Of a stretch of DNA of 64,000 nucleotides, positions 1 to 9,557 are shown piece after piece. The DNA is from Bacteriovoracaceae bacterium. GTDB lineage: Bacteria > Bdellovibrionota > Bacteriovoracia > Bacteriovoracales > Bacteriovoracaceae. The notes beneath the pieces were generated by a model. That model had not been told where the DNA came from and did not search any database. It saw nothing but the letters and a program-made list of their open reading frames with translations. Position 1 is the first letter of the stretch. Every line of letters starts with the position of its first letter. Location of the stretch: NCBI GenBank assembly GCA_046328975.1, contig JAXLVO010000011.1:6310-70309 (forward strand). The letters run 5' to 3'. The position numbers were made by a program, and so were the translations under genes.

Positions 1-681
1 AGCAATAATTTTGACTTTTTTCTCAACATCAGGAAACTGAGTTAAAACTCTTTCACGTGCATCTTTAATTTTACCATCAGAAGAGGCCGGTGAATGAAAA
101 GTGGCCCCAGCATTTACCTGCTTTTGGTAAACCATGGTTACCACGTTATCATGTTTAACTGCAAATACGGTGTTACCTAAACTTACGTTTTTATCTTTTA
201 ACATCTTAAGTGGAAACATATAACCAGACGTCGATGAAGGGTCAGTAAAGGCAAAACTTTTACCTTTCAAATCTTCAAGTGTATTGATGTTATTATCTAC
301 GTGAGTAATGATTTGCCCGTAATAGTGGTCAGACCCATGTCTCAATACTTTCAACTTGGCCTCAGCACCATATTTTGTGTTACTAAGTAAATAACCAAAT
401 GAGTTCATAACTGCGATATCTGCACGGTCTGAACCAAACGCTTCAACTACCGCGATATAATTAGTCGGAATACCACTCTTAAAAAATAGTCCTGTCTCTT
501 TTTCTAAAAACTTAATAAAGGTCTCAGAATTTTTGGCAATTACGTCACCATCCACGGAAGGGGTGAAGTAGAGTTTAACTGGATTATCAACTGAACCAAG
601 TTCACCTTTTTTAGCGCAAGAACTAATGTTCGCAAGTAAAATTAGAGCAACAGCAAGAGTACTAAAAAAGCGACTTTTCAT
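1..681 (-). CDS. Phosphonate/phosphite/phosphate ABC transporter substrate-binding lipoprotein (PhnD family); C-terminus cut by window edge
   Basis: Own translation from ATG at 681-679: MKSRFFSTLAVALILLANISSCAKKGELGSVDNPVKLYFTPS...DIAVMNSFGY...FTDPSSTSGYMFP. It has a lipobox (LANISSC) and stays open to position 1. It is absent from the ORF track because there is no stop in the window. Confidence 0.7.
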   Translation of the reverse strand, partial: MKSRFFSTLAVALILLANISSCAKKGELGSVDNPVKLYFTPSVDGDVIAKNSETFIKFLEKETGLFFKSGIPTNYIAVVEAFGSDRADIAVMNSFGYLLSNTKYGAEAKLKVLRHGSDHYYGQIITHVDNNINTLEDLKGKSFAFTDPSSTSGYMFPLKMLKDKNVSLGNTVFAVKHDNVVTMVYQKQVNAGATFHSPASSDGKIKDARERVLTQFPDVEKKVKIIA

Positions 682-783
682 ATCTTAAAAACTCCTAAAA
701 TATTGATTGCACCTGTTCTAAGACATATAGAGTAAATTGTTAAGTAAAAATTGAATCTTTCTTATTTAAGACACGATGCACTC

Positions 784-2604
784 TTAAGAGGAGCGGTTTG
801 CTAAGAGAACCATGGTTTCAAATGGTGCTCCATTTCTTAAATAGCGAACACGAATCGTGTCCCCTGGACGATAGTATTTGAGTACAAACGAAAGGTCATA
901 AATAGTTTTAATCGGAATCTCACCCATTTGGATAATACGATCTCCCGCTTGGATGCCGGCCTTAAAGCTAGGAGAAGCTGGTAGCGTCTGAGTACAGACC
1001 ACCCCCTCTTCATTACTAGTTTCACCAAACTGGGGAACACATCCAAAATAAGAACCGTAACCTCGTTGATGAGTGCCACCATCATCACCATTAATAACAT
1101 CAGGATTATAAGTGATAACTCTATGTTCAGTTTCAATCAACCTTAAAAAATTGTAAGTAAAATCACTCAATTTTTCCATTGCTGGAAAATTTATTTTATC
1201 AAAGGTATCACTACTTCTATGATAATCGCTATGTGCACCTGTGGTAAAAAAAAGAATAGGAATTTTCTTATTTAAAAAAGAGGCATGATCGGAAGAACCG
1301 ATTGAAGACTTCTGAAAAAGGTATGGAAGCGTTGGCGTTTTACGAATCACTTCATCGAGTGTCAGTTCCCATTCAAAAGCGCTACTGGTGCCAATAATTG
1401 AAAGCTCTTTTTGAAATCTACCTACCATATCAAAATTGAGCATGAATTTAATTTTTCCATAAAGGTCACTATTCCAATTTTGAACAAAATAGTTTGATCC
1501 TAAAAGGCCACTCTCTTCCCCATTAAAAAAGACGATCATATATGAGTTATTATGCTCCGTCTGTTTGAGACGTTTTAAGAGATCTAAAATTAGTGCACAA
1601 CCGGAGGCATTGTCATCAGCACCAAAATGGATTTTAGGCGAATGATCGGTCTCCATCGAAGAGTTACCACCTAGACCTAAATGATCTAAGTGAGCACCCA
1701 AGACTATAACATCATTTTTTAATATTGGATCAATACCAGGAATGTAAGCTACCACATTGGCAACTCTACCCGTTTTTTTAATTAAATTAACCTGCATATT
1801 TAAAGTAATCTGATTAAAAACAAAGCTTAAAGGCTTCTGAAGAGCATTAATTGTTTTTTGTAATTCTAATGTTGAATTTTTAAAATCGCTGAAATTATCT
1901 AAAAGATAGTTAACCCACCGGTTAGTTACTAAACCTGAAACAATTTCAAGATTATTCCCGCCCCCCTGAGCCTCATTAAAAAAGAGCGGAGCCTCTTCCT
2001 CGGGATTTTGATTAGTTAAACTTAAAGGGTCTTGAACAATTAAAACACCAGCCGCTTCATGCTTTAAAGCATTTTGTAATTTAAAGTTTATCGATCGATA
2101 GTTTAAATACTTTACATCTCGAAAGGGTGAATGAGGATTGTTAATGGCTGGATCATTGGCAAAAATAATTACAATTTTATCTTTAACATTTAAGAATTCA
2201 TAATCATCGTAATTAAAAAAGTCTGGCCCTTTAGGTAAGGTTATCCCATACCCGGCAAAAACCAACTGTTTTTGAAAAATAGCTGCTGTTTTTGAAAACG
2301 CAACAGGTTCAAATTCTGGGCTTAAAATACTAGTTGGAATTGTTACTTCAAGAGGTGCCGTTAATTCAATTTTATTGAATCCAATTTTTTCCATTCTTAC
2401 AAATACAGTAAACTCTTGCTTAAAAGTGGTAACACCTAATTTTTGTGATTCATTAAGTAGATAGTCTACAGCAAGACTATTTCCGGCCATGCCTAACCCT
2501 CGTCCGGCCAGATTTTCATTACTTAAAACTTGGACGTCACTAACCATATCAGCATTTAGATTACTGAAAACTACAATTAGTAAAAATAGAATAAGTTTTT
2601 TCAA
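784..2604 (-). CDS. Secreted M28-family aminopeptidase with PA domain and C-terminal PDZ domain
   Basis: 606-aa ORF with a signal peptide. M28 metal-ligand blocks are present: GAHLDHLG, GADDNASG, NGEESGLLGS, NFDMVG, SSDHASF. The tail is PDZ-like (GIQAGDRIIQMGEIPI). Confidence 0.85.
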   Translation of the reverse strand: MKKLILFLLIVVFSNLNADMVSDVQVLSNENLAGRGLGMAGNSLAVDYLLNESQKLGVTTFKQEFTVFVRMEKIGFNKIELTAPLEVTIPTSILSPEFEPVAFSKTAAIFQKQLVFAGYGITLPKGPDFFNYDDYEFLNVKDKIVIIFANDPAINNPHSPFRDVKYLNYRSINFKLQNALKHEAAGVLIVQDPLSLTNQNPEEEAPLFFNEAQGGGNNLEIVSGLVTNRWVNYLLDNFSDFKNSTLELQKTINALQKPLSFVFNQITLNMQVNLIKKTGRVANVVAYIPGIDPILKNDVIVLGAHLDHLGLGGNSSMETDHSPKIHFGADDNASGCALILDLLKRLKQTEHNNSYMIVFFNGEESGLLGSNYFVQNWNSDLYGKIKFMLNFDMVGRFQKELSIIGTSSAFEWELTLDEVIRKTPTLPYLFQKSSIGSSDHASFLNKKIPILFFTTGAHSDYHRSSDTFDKINFPAMEKLSDFTYNFLRLIETEHRVITYNPDVINGDDGGTHQRGYGSYFGCVPQFGETSNEEGVVCTQTLPASPSFKAGIQAGDRIIQMGEIPIKTIYDLSFVLKYYRPGDTIRVRYLRNGAPFETMVLLANRSS

Positions 2605-2618
2605 ATCACTCTCCTCAC

Positions 2619-4152
2619 TTAGAAAGAGAGGCTCTCACTCTCTTGTCCATCTTCAGACGTAGCTGTCACCTCTTGGTTACGACTAATCTTATTTCTAAAA
2701 ATAAGATGGATCGGCGTATTCTTCATTTCAAACTCTTCTCTAATACCTTTAATGAGGTATTTACGGTAAGCAATCGGAATACCTAAACTACCATTACAGA
2801 ACATCAGCACTGTTGGTGGAGTCATACTCACTACTGAAGCATACTTAACTTTTAATCTTTTGCCACCAGATTTTTCAAGGATCAGCGGATTTTCACTTGT
2901 TAAACGCTCTAAGCAATTGTTGAGACGGTTAGTTGGTATCTTGTTAATTCTAATATTAATAGTATCAACGAGTTTTGCTTTTAGTTTTCCTAGCCCTTCA
3001 CCAGTTTTAACTGAGATGGGTAAAAACTCACAATAGTTTAACCAGACCGAGCGCTCTTTGACGGTCTCAAGCCACTCTTTAAATTTACCCATTTCTTGGA
3101 GCTCTTTAGGCCTTAGATCTATCTTATTTAAGATAACCATAAGTGATTTACCTTTATCCAGTACAATCTCACAAAGACGTAGATCTTGGTGACTAACGCC
3201 TTTATTAGCGTCAATACAATAGAGAACAACATCACTTGAAGTAATAGATTTAAGTGCATGAAAAACCGATTGAGACTCTAACTCATGCTTAATATTGGCC
3301 CTCTTTCTAATTCCAGCTGTATCCACAATTTTCACTGTCTTCCAGTGACTTGTCTCGGTTTTTTCTTGATCTTCACCAAAATAGAGATCCATATAGCCTT
3401 CAATAGGATCAACTGTTGTTCCTGGAATATTACTGACTACGGCCCGATTCTCTTTTAATAATCGATTAAGTAAACTGGATTTTCCTGCGTTTGGTAAACC
3501 AATAATTGCCACATTGGCTAAAACATCAGTTTTAGGCATGATACTTTTAACACTTAACTTATTTAAAAACTCGCTCTTTTCATTTAAAAATTTCTGCATT
3601 TTCTCTTTAAGATCAATCACGCCAACGCCATGAGCGCCTGAAACACAGTAAAAACTATCTTCTGGCATACGTAATCTTAAAAATTCATTAGCAATAATTT
3701 CATCTTTAGGACCATCGCTCTTATTCACGACTAACCAAAAAGGTTTTTTAGATTTTTTAAGCATTCTATAAATAGCTTCATCAAATGGCTGAAGGCCCTC
3801 TTTAGCACTTACCACAAAAATAATTAGATCTTATTCATAAATCGCAACTTGAATCGACTCTGTCACTTCAGCTATGAAGTTGTTAAAGCCTTCCCAGATA
3901 TCTTCTCTAGCATCAGATTTAACGCCACTGTTCTTTTTGAGTTCAGGATAGAAACCACCCGTATCAACTAAAACTAACTCAACCGGTGGAACTTTATAAT
4001 CATCATCGATGGTTAAAATTTCGTAGTGACGGTCACGTGTTACGCCTGGTTCATCAAACATAATGGCTTTGTTAAAGTTTTTTAAAATGCGGTTGTGCGT
4101 GCTCTTTCCTACATTTGGCTCACCTCATAATTGAGACGACAGGTGTATTCAT
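2619..4152 (-). pseudogene. der: Ribosome-assembly GTPase Der/EngA, frame broken twice (extra A near 4125; in-frame TAA at 3831-3833)
   Basis: Two GTPase domains are present (GEPNVGKST after frame repair; GLPNAGKSSL; DTGG/DTAG; NKSD/NKID). ORFs 3831..4061 and 2619..3815 are colinear with Der across the TAA (AIYE*DLIIFVVSAKEGL). Removing one A gives [18 protein letters not shown]. The ATG at 4152-4150 overlaps the era stop (TAATG). Confidence 0.85.
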
Positions 4153-5126
4153 TAATGTTTCCTCCATACGCGGTGAGAGTTGCCAATTCCACGAGGTAGG
4201 CCCATCTCTTCCAACACATAATTATTTTTAAACCAATTAGGACTCACTTTAACGTGCAGGTTTAAGTGAACCTGATTTCCCACAATTTTTTCGATTTTTT
4301 CACGGGCTTTACTCCCAATCTCTTTGATCAGTGCTCCCCCTTTACCTACCACAATACCTCTCTGGCTTTGACGGTTAACCAAGATTCCAGCTGAAATATA
4401 GGTTCTAGTTACAGCGTTTTCACCTTCTCCCTCTTTTACATCTTTATAGTCTTCAATTACTACCGTTAATTCGTAAGGAATCTCATCGCGCAAGAGAAGA
4501 AATGCCTGCTCTCTAATATATTCAGAAGCAAAAAAACGCATATTTTTATTAGAAATATCACCACCTGGATAGAGATGGGGAAGATTTTGAGAGCGGTCAC
4601 AAAGCGCCCCAGTCAAAAGATGCATCCCTTCACCCGTCACTGAACTTACAATAAAATGTTTTTCAATGGTGGGAAAAATCACTTTACACTTTTCTATTAA
4701 TTCATCAGTCACTCGCTTGGCCGGATTGGGAACTAAATCTTGGTGAGTGAAGACTAACCAGATAGGAATAGTTGTCGTAATTTTTTTACTGAGATCTTGT
4801 AATTCAAAAACAACATCTCGAGTAAGATCGACTAACATCAGAATAACGTTAACCCCTTCCACACTTTCGGCCGCCATATCGTTCATTCTTAAATTGATCT
4901 CTAAATTATTTTGGTGCAGCCCTGGTGTATCAACTAAAACGATCTCCGTTCTATCTACAGTTAAAACACAGTGAAAACTATTTCGAGTAGTCTGTGCTTT
5001 AGGGGTAACAATACTTAAATCAACACCCAAAAGGTAGTTAACAAGAGAACTCTTTCCGGCATTGGGCTTTCCAATCACGGTAGTCATGATGGATCGATTG
5101 TGGGGGTGCTGATCGGTAATTAACAT
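4152..5126 (-). CDS. era: GTPase Era
   Basis: GKPNAGKSSL, DTPG and THQD motifs plus a C-terminal KH domain (VVGKGGALIKEIG). The start overlaps the rnc stop (ATGTTAA). An alternative start at MTTVIG (5087) is possible. Confidence 0.9.
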   Translation of the reverse strand: MLITDQHPHNRSIMTTVIGKPNAGKSSLVNYLLGVDLSIVTPKAQTTRNSFHCVLTVDRTEIVLVDTPGLHQNNLEINLRMNDMAAESVEGVNVILMLVDLTRDVVFELQDLSKKITTTIPIWLVFTHQDLVPNPAKRVTDELIEKCKVIFPTIEKHFIVSSVTGEGMHLLTGALCDRSQNLPHLYPGGDISNKNMRFFASEYIREQAFLLLRDEIPYELTVVIEDYKDVKEGEGENAVTRTYISAGILVNRQSQRGIVVGKGGALIKEIGSKAREKIEKIVGNQVHLNLHVKVSPNWFKNNYVLEEMGLPRGIGNSHRVWRKH

Positions 5127-5857
5127 AAGCCTATCTCCGAAATTAAATTACTGTTTAATATAGTTTGCGCTAATTTTTTTTCTGTATTTTTTTTCGACTC
5201 GCCTTCAAGACTACCTAGAGCTACACCACGAATCGAGACCTCTACGACAAAAGGGCCGTTTCCACTAAGTTTTATATATGGGTAGCTCTTTAAATTTAGC
5301 AAGACACAGCTCTGTAATGTACTTTTGGGATCGGAGCTCATTAAAATGGCGGGATCAATTAATTTAATATTTTTTTGTGACTCTAGCTCCGCTAAAAGTT
5401 GCAGTACACATTTTTTCACGACTGCAATATCTTTAGAATCTAAATAAATTGCAGCAAGAATTGATTCTAAAGTGCTACTTAAAATATTTTTATTAATTTT
5501 TAGCTGTTCGCGCGTAATTCCGTTACCAATAAAAATAAAATTTTCCAGATCTACGCAGCTCGCAGTCTCAAAAAGTCGCTCTTCGTTAACGATTGCACAA
5601 CGCATTTTTGAATAGACGCCCTCGCTCTCTTCGGGCAAAGTTTCATATAAAATTTCTGCGACAATAAAACCTAAAAGTGCGTCGCCTAAAAATTCTAAGC
5701 GCTCGTAATGCAGGGGTGAATTTAATGGTAGATTTTCGTGCCAGTAAGATTTGTGTGTAAGTGCATTTACTAAGAGATTTTGGTTTACAAATTGGTAACC
5801 CAATTTTTTTTGCAAAGTCTCTAACGCAATAAAAGCATCGCTCTTATTTTGTTTCAT
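5120..5857 (-). CDS. rnc: Ribonuclease III
   Basis: 245 aa with the RNase III signature ERLEFLGDALLG and a C-terminal dsRBD-like region. It heads a conserved rnc-era arrangement. Confidence 0.9.
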   Translation of the reverse strand: MKQNKSDAFIALETLQKKLGYQFVNQNLLVNALTHKSYWHENLPLNSPLHYERLEFLGDALLGFIVAEILYETLPEESEGVYSKMRCAIVNEERLFETASCVDLENFIFIGNGITREQLKINKNILSSTLESILAAIYLDSKDIAVVKKCVLQLLAELESQKNIKLIDPAILMSSDPKSTLQSCVLLNLKSYPYIKLSGNGPFVVEVSIRGVALGSLEGESKKNTEKKLAQTILNSNLISEIGLC

Positions 5858-6046
5858 GGTGATCCTCGTCTACTGGCCTATCTATACATTATTAAATTGT
5901 CTGAACGTAAGGTTGCTAGGTAGCACAAAAAAAATCTTTGTTCAAGTCCTTGGTTTTTTTAAATTCTTCAAGTAAGATGTCCAATAAATTTTTTTTAGTG
6001 TAAATATTTTTAGAGTAAATATAATTTAACTAGGGAGTTATCGTTA

Positions 6047-7054
6047 ATGAATTCAACTACTTTTAATGAAAAAATGGATTTTAATCATCTCGAACACAAG
6101 TTCTACAATTCACTCGAATCTCAGGGAAAAAGCTTCAACACTCTAAAGAATTATAAGACCGATTTAACCTGTTTTAAAAGCTATCTTCAAAACAAACAGG
6201 GTAATTTAAGTTTAAACGATTTTAATTTTGTAAAAGTAACCGAGTATGGCCAATTTTTAGATCAAAAATATGAATCAGATAACTCTAAGAGACGTCGTGT
6301 ACAAGCGCTTAGACTCTTCTTTGATTTCCTTATTAAAGAGAATCTTTATGAAGAGAATCCAATTAAAAAACTTCCAACCTCTCCAAAGTTTTTAGATGTA
6401 CCACGGCCGACACCTTTTAGTGATCTAGTAACTCTCTGGAAATACCTCTGCCTTAACGTTCAAAATGCTAAAGGATTAGAGGGACTACTTTATGAGAGAA
6501 ATCAATTAGTATTTCTTTTCATTTTCGGTGGCGCTCTAAAAGTTTCTGATCTTTCTGAACTTAAAATGGAAGATGTATTAGTTGATCATGAAAGTAAAAG
6601 TATTCGTGTACTGATTAGACCACGTAAACGCGATCCTTATACCATTCCAATGCCGTCATTAGTTTATGAAGTTTTCAAAAACTATATAGCAAACCTTCAA
6701 AAAGAGAAAGAGAAGTCTAGTTTAGTCTTTGACCATGTACTCTTTAATGCTAATCCTTACCGAATTTTAGCAGGTGGATTATCTCCACGTGGTCTTGAAA
6801 TTATTTTTGAAGAGTTACGTGAAAAATTAAAAATTACCTTAACTCCAAGATCTTTACGTCAATCAGGAATCTTTAACTGGCTCCATAAACAGATTGATGA
6901 AGTTAACATTAAAGAGTGGATGGGTGTTGCTCCATCATACTCATTAAAACTTTACCGCGATCACCAAAGCAATCACTACTTTAAAGAAGAGGTCCTTTGG
7001 GAGATTTTCAAAACTCCACAAATGGATATTCCTGTAAGTAATACGATTGTTTAA
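6047..7054 (+). CDS. Tyrosine recombinase-like protein (XerC/XerD family fold) with degenerate catalytic residues
   Basis: 335 aa. The N-terminal SAM-like core-binding region is FKSYLQ...RRRVQALRLFFDFL. The C-terminal boxes are GGALKVSDLSEL, TPRSLRQSGIFNWL and MGVAPSYSLKLYRDH, which appear to read K/R/Q/V in place of the canonical R/H/H/H. Confidence 0.7.
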   Translation: MNSTTFNEKMDFNHLEHKFYNSLESQGKSFNTLKNYKTDLTCFKSYLQNKQGNLSLNDFNFVKVTEYGQFLDQKYESDNSKRRRVQALRLFFDFLIKENLYEENPIKKLPTSPKFLDVPRPTPFSDLVTLWKYLCLNVQNAKGLEGLLYERNQLVFLFIFGGALKVSDLSELKMEDVLVDHESKSIRVLIRPRKRDPYTIPMPSLVYEVFKNYIANLQKEKEKSSLVFDHVLFNANPYRILAGGLSPRGLEIIFEELREKLKITLTPRSLRQSGIFNWLHKQIDEVNIKEWMGVAPSYSLKLYRDHQSNHYFKEEVLWEIFKTPQMDIPVSNTIV

Positions 7055-7848
7055 TCGAAGTCACTACTAGCTTCAGAATCACGAATAGCTTGGGGGCGTT
7101 TTCCAACGGGAACGCCCAAGTTTTGATCGAGGTGCCAGCGATCGATAAAGAGCTCTTGGCGCTCTACTCGATACTGTTTAATACTTTCATCTGTCTGATT
7201 TGCTCTGTAAACTAACTCCTTTTGAAGATAAATTTTTTCGGTTTTTTCGGTGAGTAATCGATCTAAAGCTTCTTGTTTCTGCTTTTGCAACTCTATAATT
7301 CTTCGATCATATTCCGCTGCTTTTTCAACCTTAATTTGATCAAAACTCCATATAAAATGGTTGATACTATTTAACTGTTTTAAATAGTCCTCTTTTTTAC
7401 GAATCAATTGCATTCTATAGATACTCGCTTCCACAACACGCGTTTTTAAAATATCCGCAAAAAATGAGATCATAGTTCCTCGTCGAAAATACTCACTTTT
7501 TTCCCAACATTTTTTTAAATCTTCAACAAATAGAATAAGATAGTTCTCTTCAATTCCCCGTACAAAACCTTTACATTTATCATTTTGTTTATCTTGACGA
7601 GCAATTCTGAATTTGACTTCATCGCCTGCTTTAAAAAATTTGATATTTTTATTTTCACTTTCAATTTTTAAAATATTTTCACTAACGTCTTTGTCCGTTA
7701 CTCTTCCAGTAAAACGCGAATAATCGATAGCGGGGTCGTAAAAAGAGTCTACATCCAGAGACACTATACCTTGGTCGGGAAATTTTGGATTTAGCATACT
7801 AGCATAAAGGGTTGAACACGTGCATAGAAATAGGAAAATTAATCTCAT
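7051..7848 (-). CDS. Hypothetical secreted protein with C-terminal coiled-coil
   Basis: 265-aa ORF with signal peptide MRLIFLFLCTCSTLYA and a heptad-rich C-terminal half. No family recognised. Confidence 0.5.
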   Translation of the reverse strand: MRLIFLFLCTCSTLYASMLNPKFPDQGIVSLDVDSFYDPAIDYSRFTGRVTDKDVSENILKIESENKNIKFFKAGDEVKFRIARQDKQNDKCKGFVRGIEENYLILFVEDLKKCWEKSEYFRRGTMISFFADILKTRVVEASIYRMQLIRKKEDYLKQLNSINHFIWSFDQIKVEKAAEYDRRIIELQKQKQEALDRLLTEKTEKIYLQKELVYRANQTDESIKQYRVERQELFIDRWHLDQNLGVPVGKRPQAIRDSEASSDFD

Positions 7849-7896
7849 AAGTTAATTATGCCTAATATCGTCTAATATAAAAGAGGAAATAATTTA

Positions 7897-7925
7897 TTGA
7901 CTAATCTAGTCTACGATTCTATTTT
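7897..7925 (+). promoter_or_regulatory. Candidate sigma70-type promoter for the transaldolase gene
   Basis: TTGACT (7897-7902), 17-nt spacer, TATTTT (7920-7925), about 35 nt upstream of the ATG at 7961. Pattern match only. Confidence 0.3.
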
Positions 7926-7960
7926 GATTAAGAATCTTGATAAAAATCTAGGAGTAAACC

Positions 7961-8608
7961 ATGCAATTTTTTTTAGATACTGCTGAAATTAATGAGATTA
8001 AAAGTGTGGCCGATTGGGGCATTGTAGATGGGGTAACAACTAACCCAAGTCTAATTGCTAAATCAGGACGAACTCAAGCCGATGTAATTCGCGAAATTGT
8101 GGAAATTATCGATGGGCCAATTTCAGCTGAAGTGATAAGTACTGATGCCAAAGGAATGATTGAAGAGGGAAAAATTCTAGCAAAAATTCATAAAAATGTA
8201 ACAATCAAAATCCCTATGACAATTGATGGAATTAAAGCACTTAAGTATTTTTCTGATAATGAGATTAAAACCAATGTGACATTAGTTTTCTCCTGCAATC
8301 AAGCTTTAGTTGCTGCTAAAAATGGTGCCACCTTTGTCTCTCCCTTTATTGGAAGACTCGATGATGTAGGTTTTAATGGCAGTGAACTTATTTCAGATAT
8401 TAAAACTATTTACGATAATTATGGTTTAACTACCCAAATTTTAGCAGCATCTATTAGATCTCCTCTTCATATTAGAGAAGTATCTCTCTTAGGGTGTGAT
8501 GTGGCGACTATGCCTTACAAGGTATTACTTGAGTTATTTAAGCACCCATTAACCGATATTGGATTAGAAAAGTTTCTTAGTGACTATAAAAACTCTATGA
8601 AAAAATAG
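7961..8608 (+). CDS. fsa: Class 3B transaldolase / fructose-6-phosphate aldolase family
   Basis: 215 aa. Motifs [14 protein letters not shown], the Schiff-base lysine context TIKIPMT, and FVSPFIGR. The size is typical of the short TalC/Fsa class. Confidence 0.9.
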   Translation: MQFFLDTAEINEIKSVADWGIVDGVTTNPSLIAKSGRTQADVIREIVEIIDGPISAEVISTDAKGMIEEGKILAKIHKNVTIKIPMTIDGIKALKYFSDNEIKTNVTLVFSCNQALVAAKNGATFVSPFIGRLDDVGFNGSELISDIKTIYDNYGLTTQILAASIRSPLHIREVSLLGCDVATMPYKVLLELFKHPLTDIGLEKFLSDYKNSMKK

Positions 8609-8658
8609 TCTGCAGAGTAATTTAATCCGACATTTTTTTTAACTAAATACGCCAGTTA

Positions 8659-8687
8659 CCGAAGAGCTCTCTAAGGAGCTCCTTCGG
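8659..8687 (+). promoter_or_regulatory. Hairpin that sequesters the Shine-Dalgarno sequence of the metzincin gene
   Basis: CCGAAGAGCTC (8659-8669) pairs with GAGCTCCTTCGG (8676-8687) with one bulge. The AAGGAG at 8673-8678 lies in the loop and 3' arm. The GTG start at 8687 is the last stem base. Confidence 0.3.
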
Positions 8688-9556
8688 TGGGTAAAGTTAA
8701 ACTACTTTTTATCATTCTTCTTTTTCAAAGCTGCATGGGATCTGATGAGATAGAGACACCCTCGTCCATTGCACCTAAAAGTAGCAGCTCAGTAACGAGT
8801 AGTACTGTTTTTGGAAAATGGGATAGCTCACTTCTTCCTAACGAAACCAAAATTAGTAGTAGTTTCACCAGTGACGAAGTGACGGCCATTGAGCAGGCCA
8901 TGGATGATTGGTCTACGGCCGTTAACGATAAGCTGACATTTTTTAAAATTCCAACGCTCATTACAGATAATAAAGAGTATACCAAGTTGGATGATTTTAA
9001 TGATAGTGAGATGGGCATTTACAAAAGTAGTAAATGGTATAGTGAAATTGGGCCATATGCACTTGCCATCACTCAATATTGGGGTGTCAAAATGAATTCT
9101 GATACAACCCAAGAGTATATTGATATTGTTCATGCCGACGTTATTGTAAATTATCATGACCACTCTTTTTCCATTAACCCGATTAAAAACGAGTACGATC
9201 TCCAAAGTGTCATTGTTCACGAATTGGGCCACTTTATTGGGCTCTCTCATCAAGCAGCTAAGGCCAGTTCAGTTATGGCATCATCCATTTCTGCTCGTGC
9301 AATTAGAAGAACTATTTCGAGTTTAGATATTACCACCATTAATTCTAATTATAGTTTAAAAACCACCACTCAAGCCGCAATCGTAGCTGCTCAAACCAGT
9401 GACGAAGATATACCCTCTGATGATCAACCCGATCCAGTTATGGTACGTGGAATTTTTGAATTAAGAGCAGATGGTAGTTGTGGCCACTATACAGTAACAG
9501 ATACGGGAGAGCTGATAAAATCTACTCCCCCTAAAGCTCTATCACATCATCACTAA
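8687..9556 (+). CDS. Metzincin-type zinc metalloprotease lipoprotein
   Basis: 289 aa with a lipobox (LLFQSC) and the extended zinc motif HELGHFIGLSH (HExxHxxGxxH), followed by a Met-containing segment (SSVMASS). Confidence 0.75.
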   Translation: MGKVKLLFIILLFQSCMGSDEIETPSSIAPKSSSSVTSSTVFGKWDSSLLPNETKISSSFTSDEVTAIEQAMDDWSTAVNDKLTFFKIPTLITDNKEYTKLDDFNDSEMGIYKSSKWYSEIGPYALAITQYWGVKMNSDTTQEYIDIVHADVIVNYHDHSFSINPIKNEYDLQSVIVHELGHFIGLSHQAAKASSVMASSISARAIRRTISSLDITTINSNYSLKTTTQAAIVAAQTSDEDIPSDDQPDPVMVRGIFELRADGSCGHYTVTDTGELIKSTPPKALSHHH

Positions 9557-9557
9557 A

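Noticed and set aside
6047-7054. Integrase gene as a marker of a prophage or integrative element
   Set aside because: It is flanked by housekeeping genes (rnc operon, transaldolase). I could see no tRNA target, direct repeats or phage/conjugation genes. It looks like a chromosomal Xer-type paralogue.
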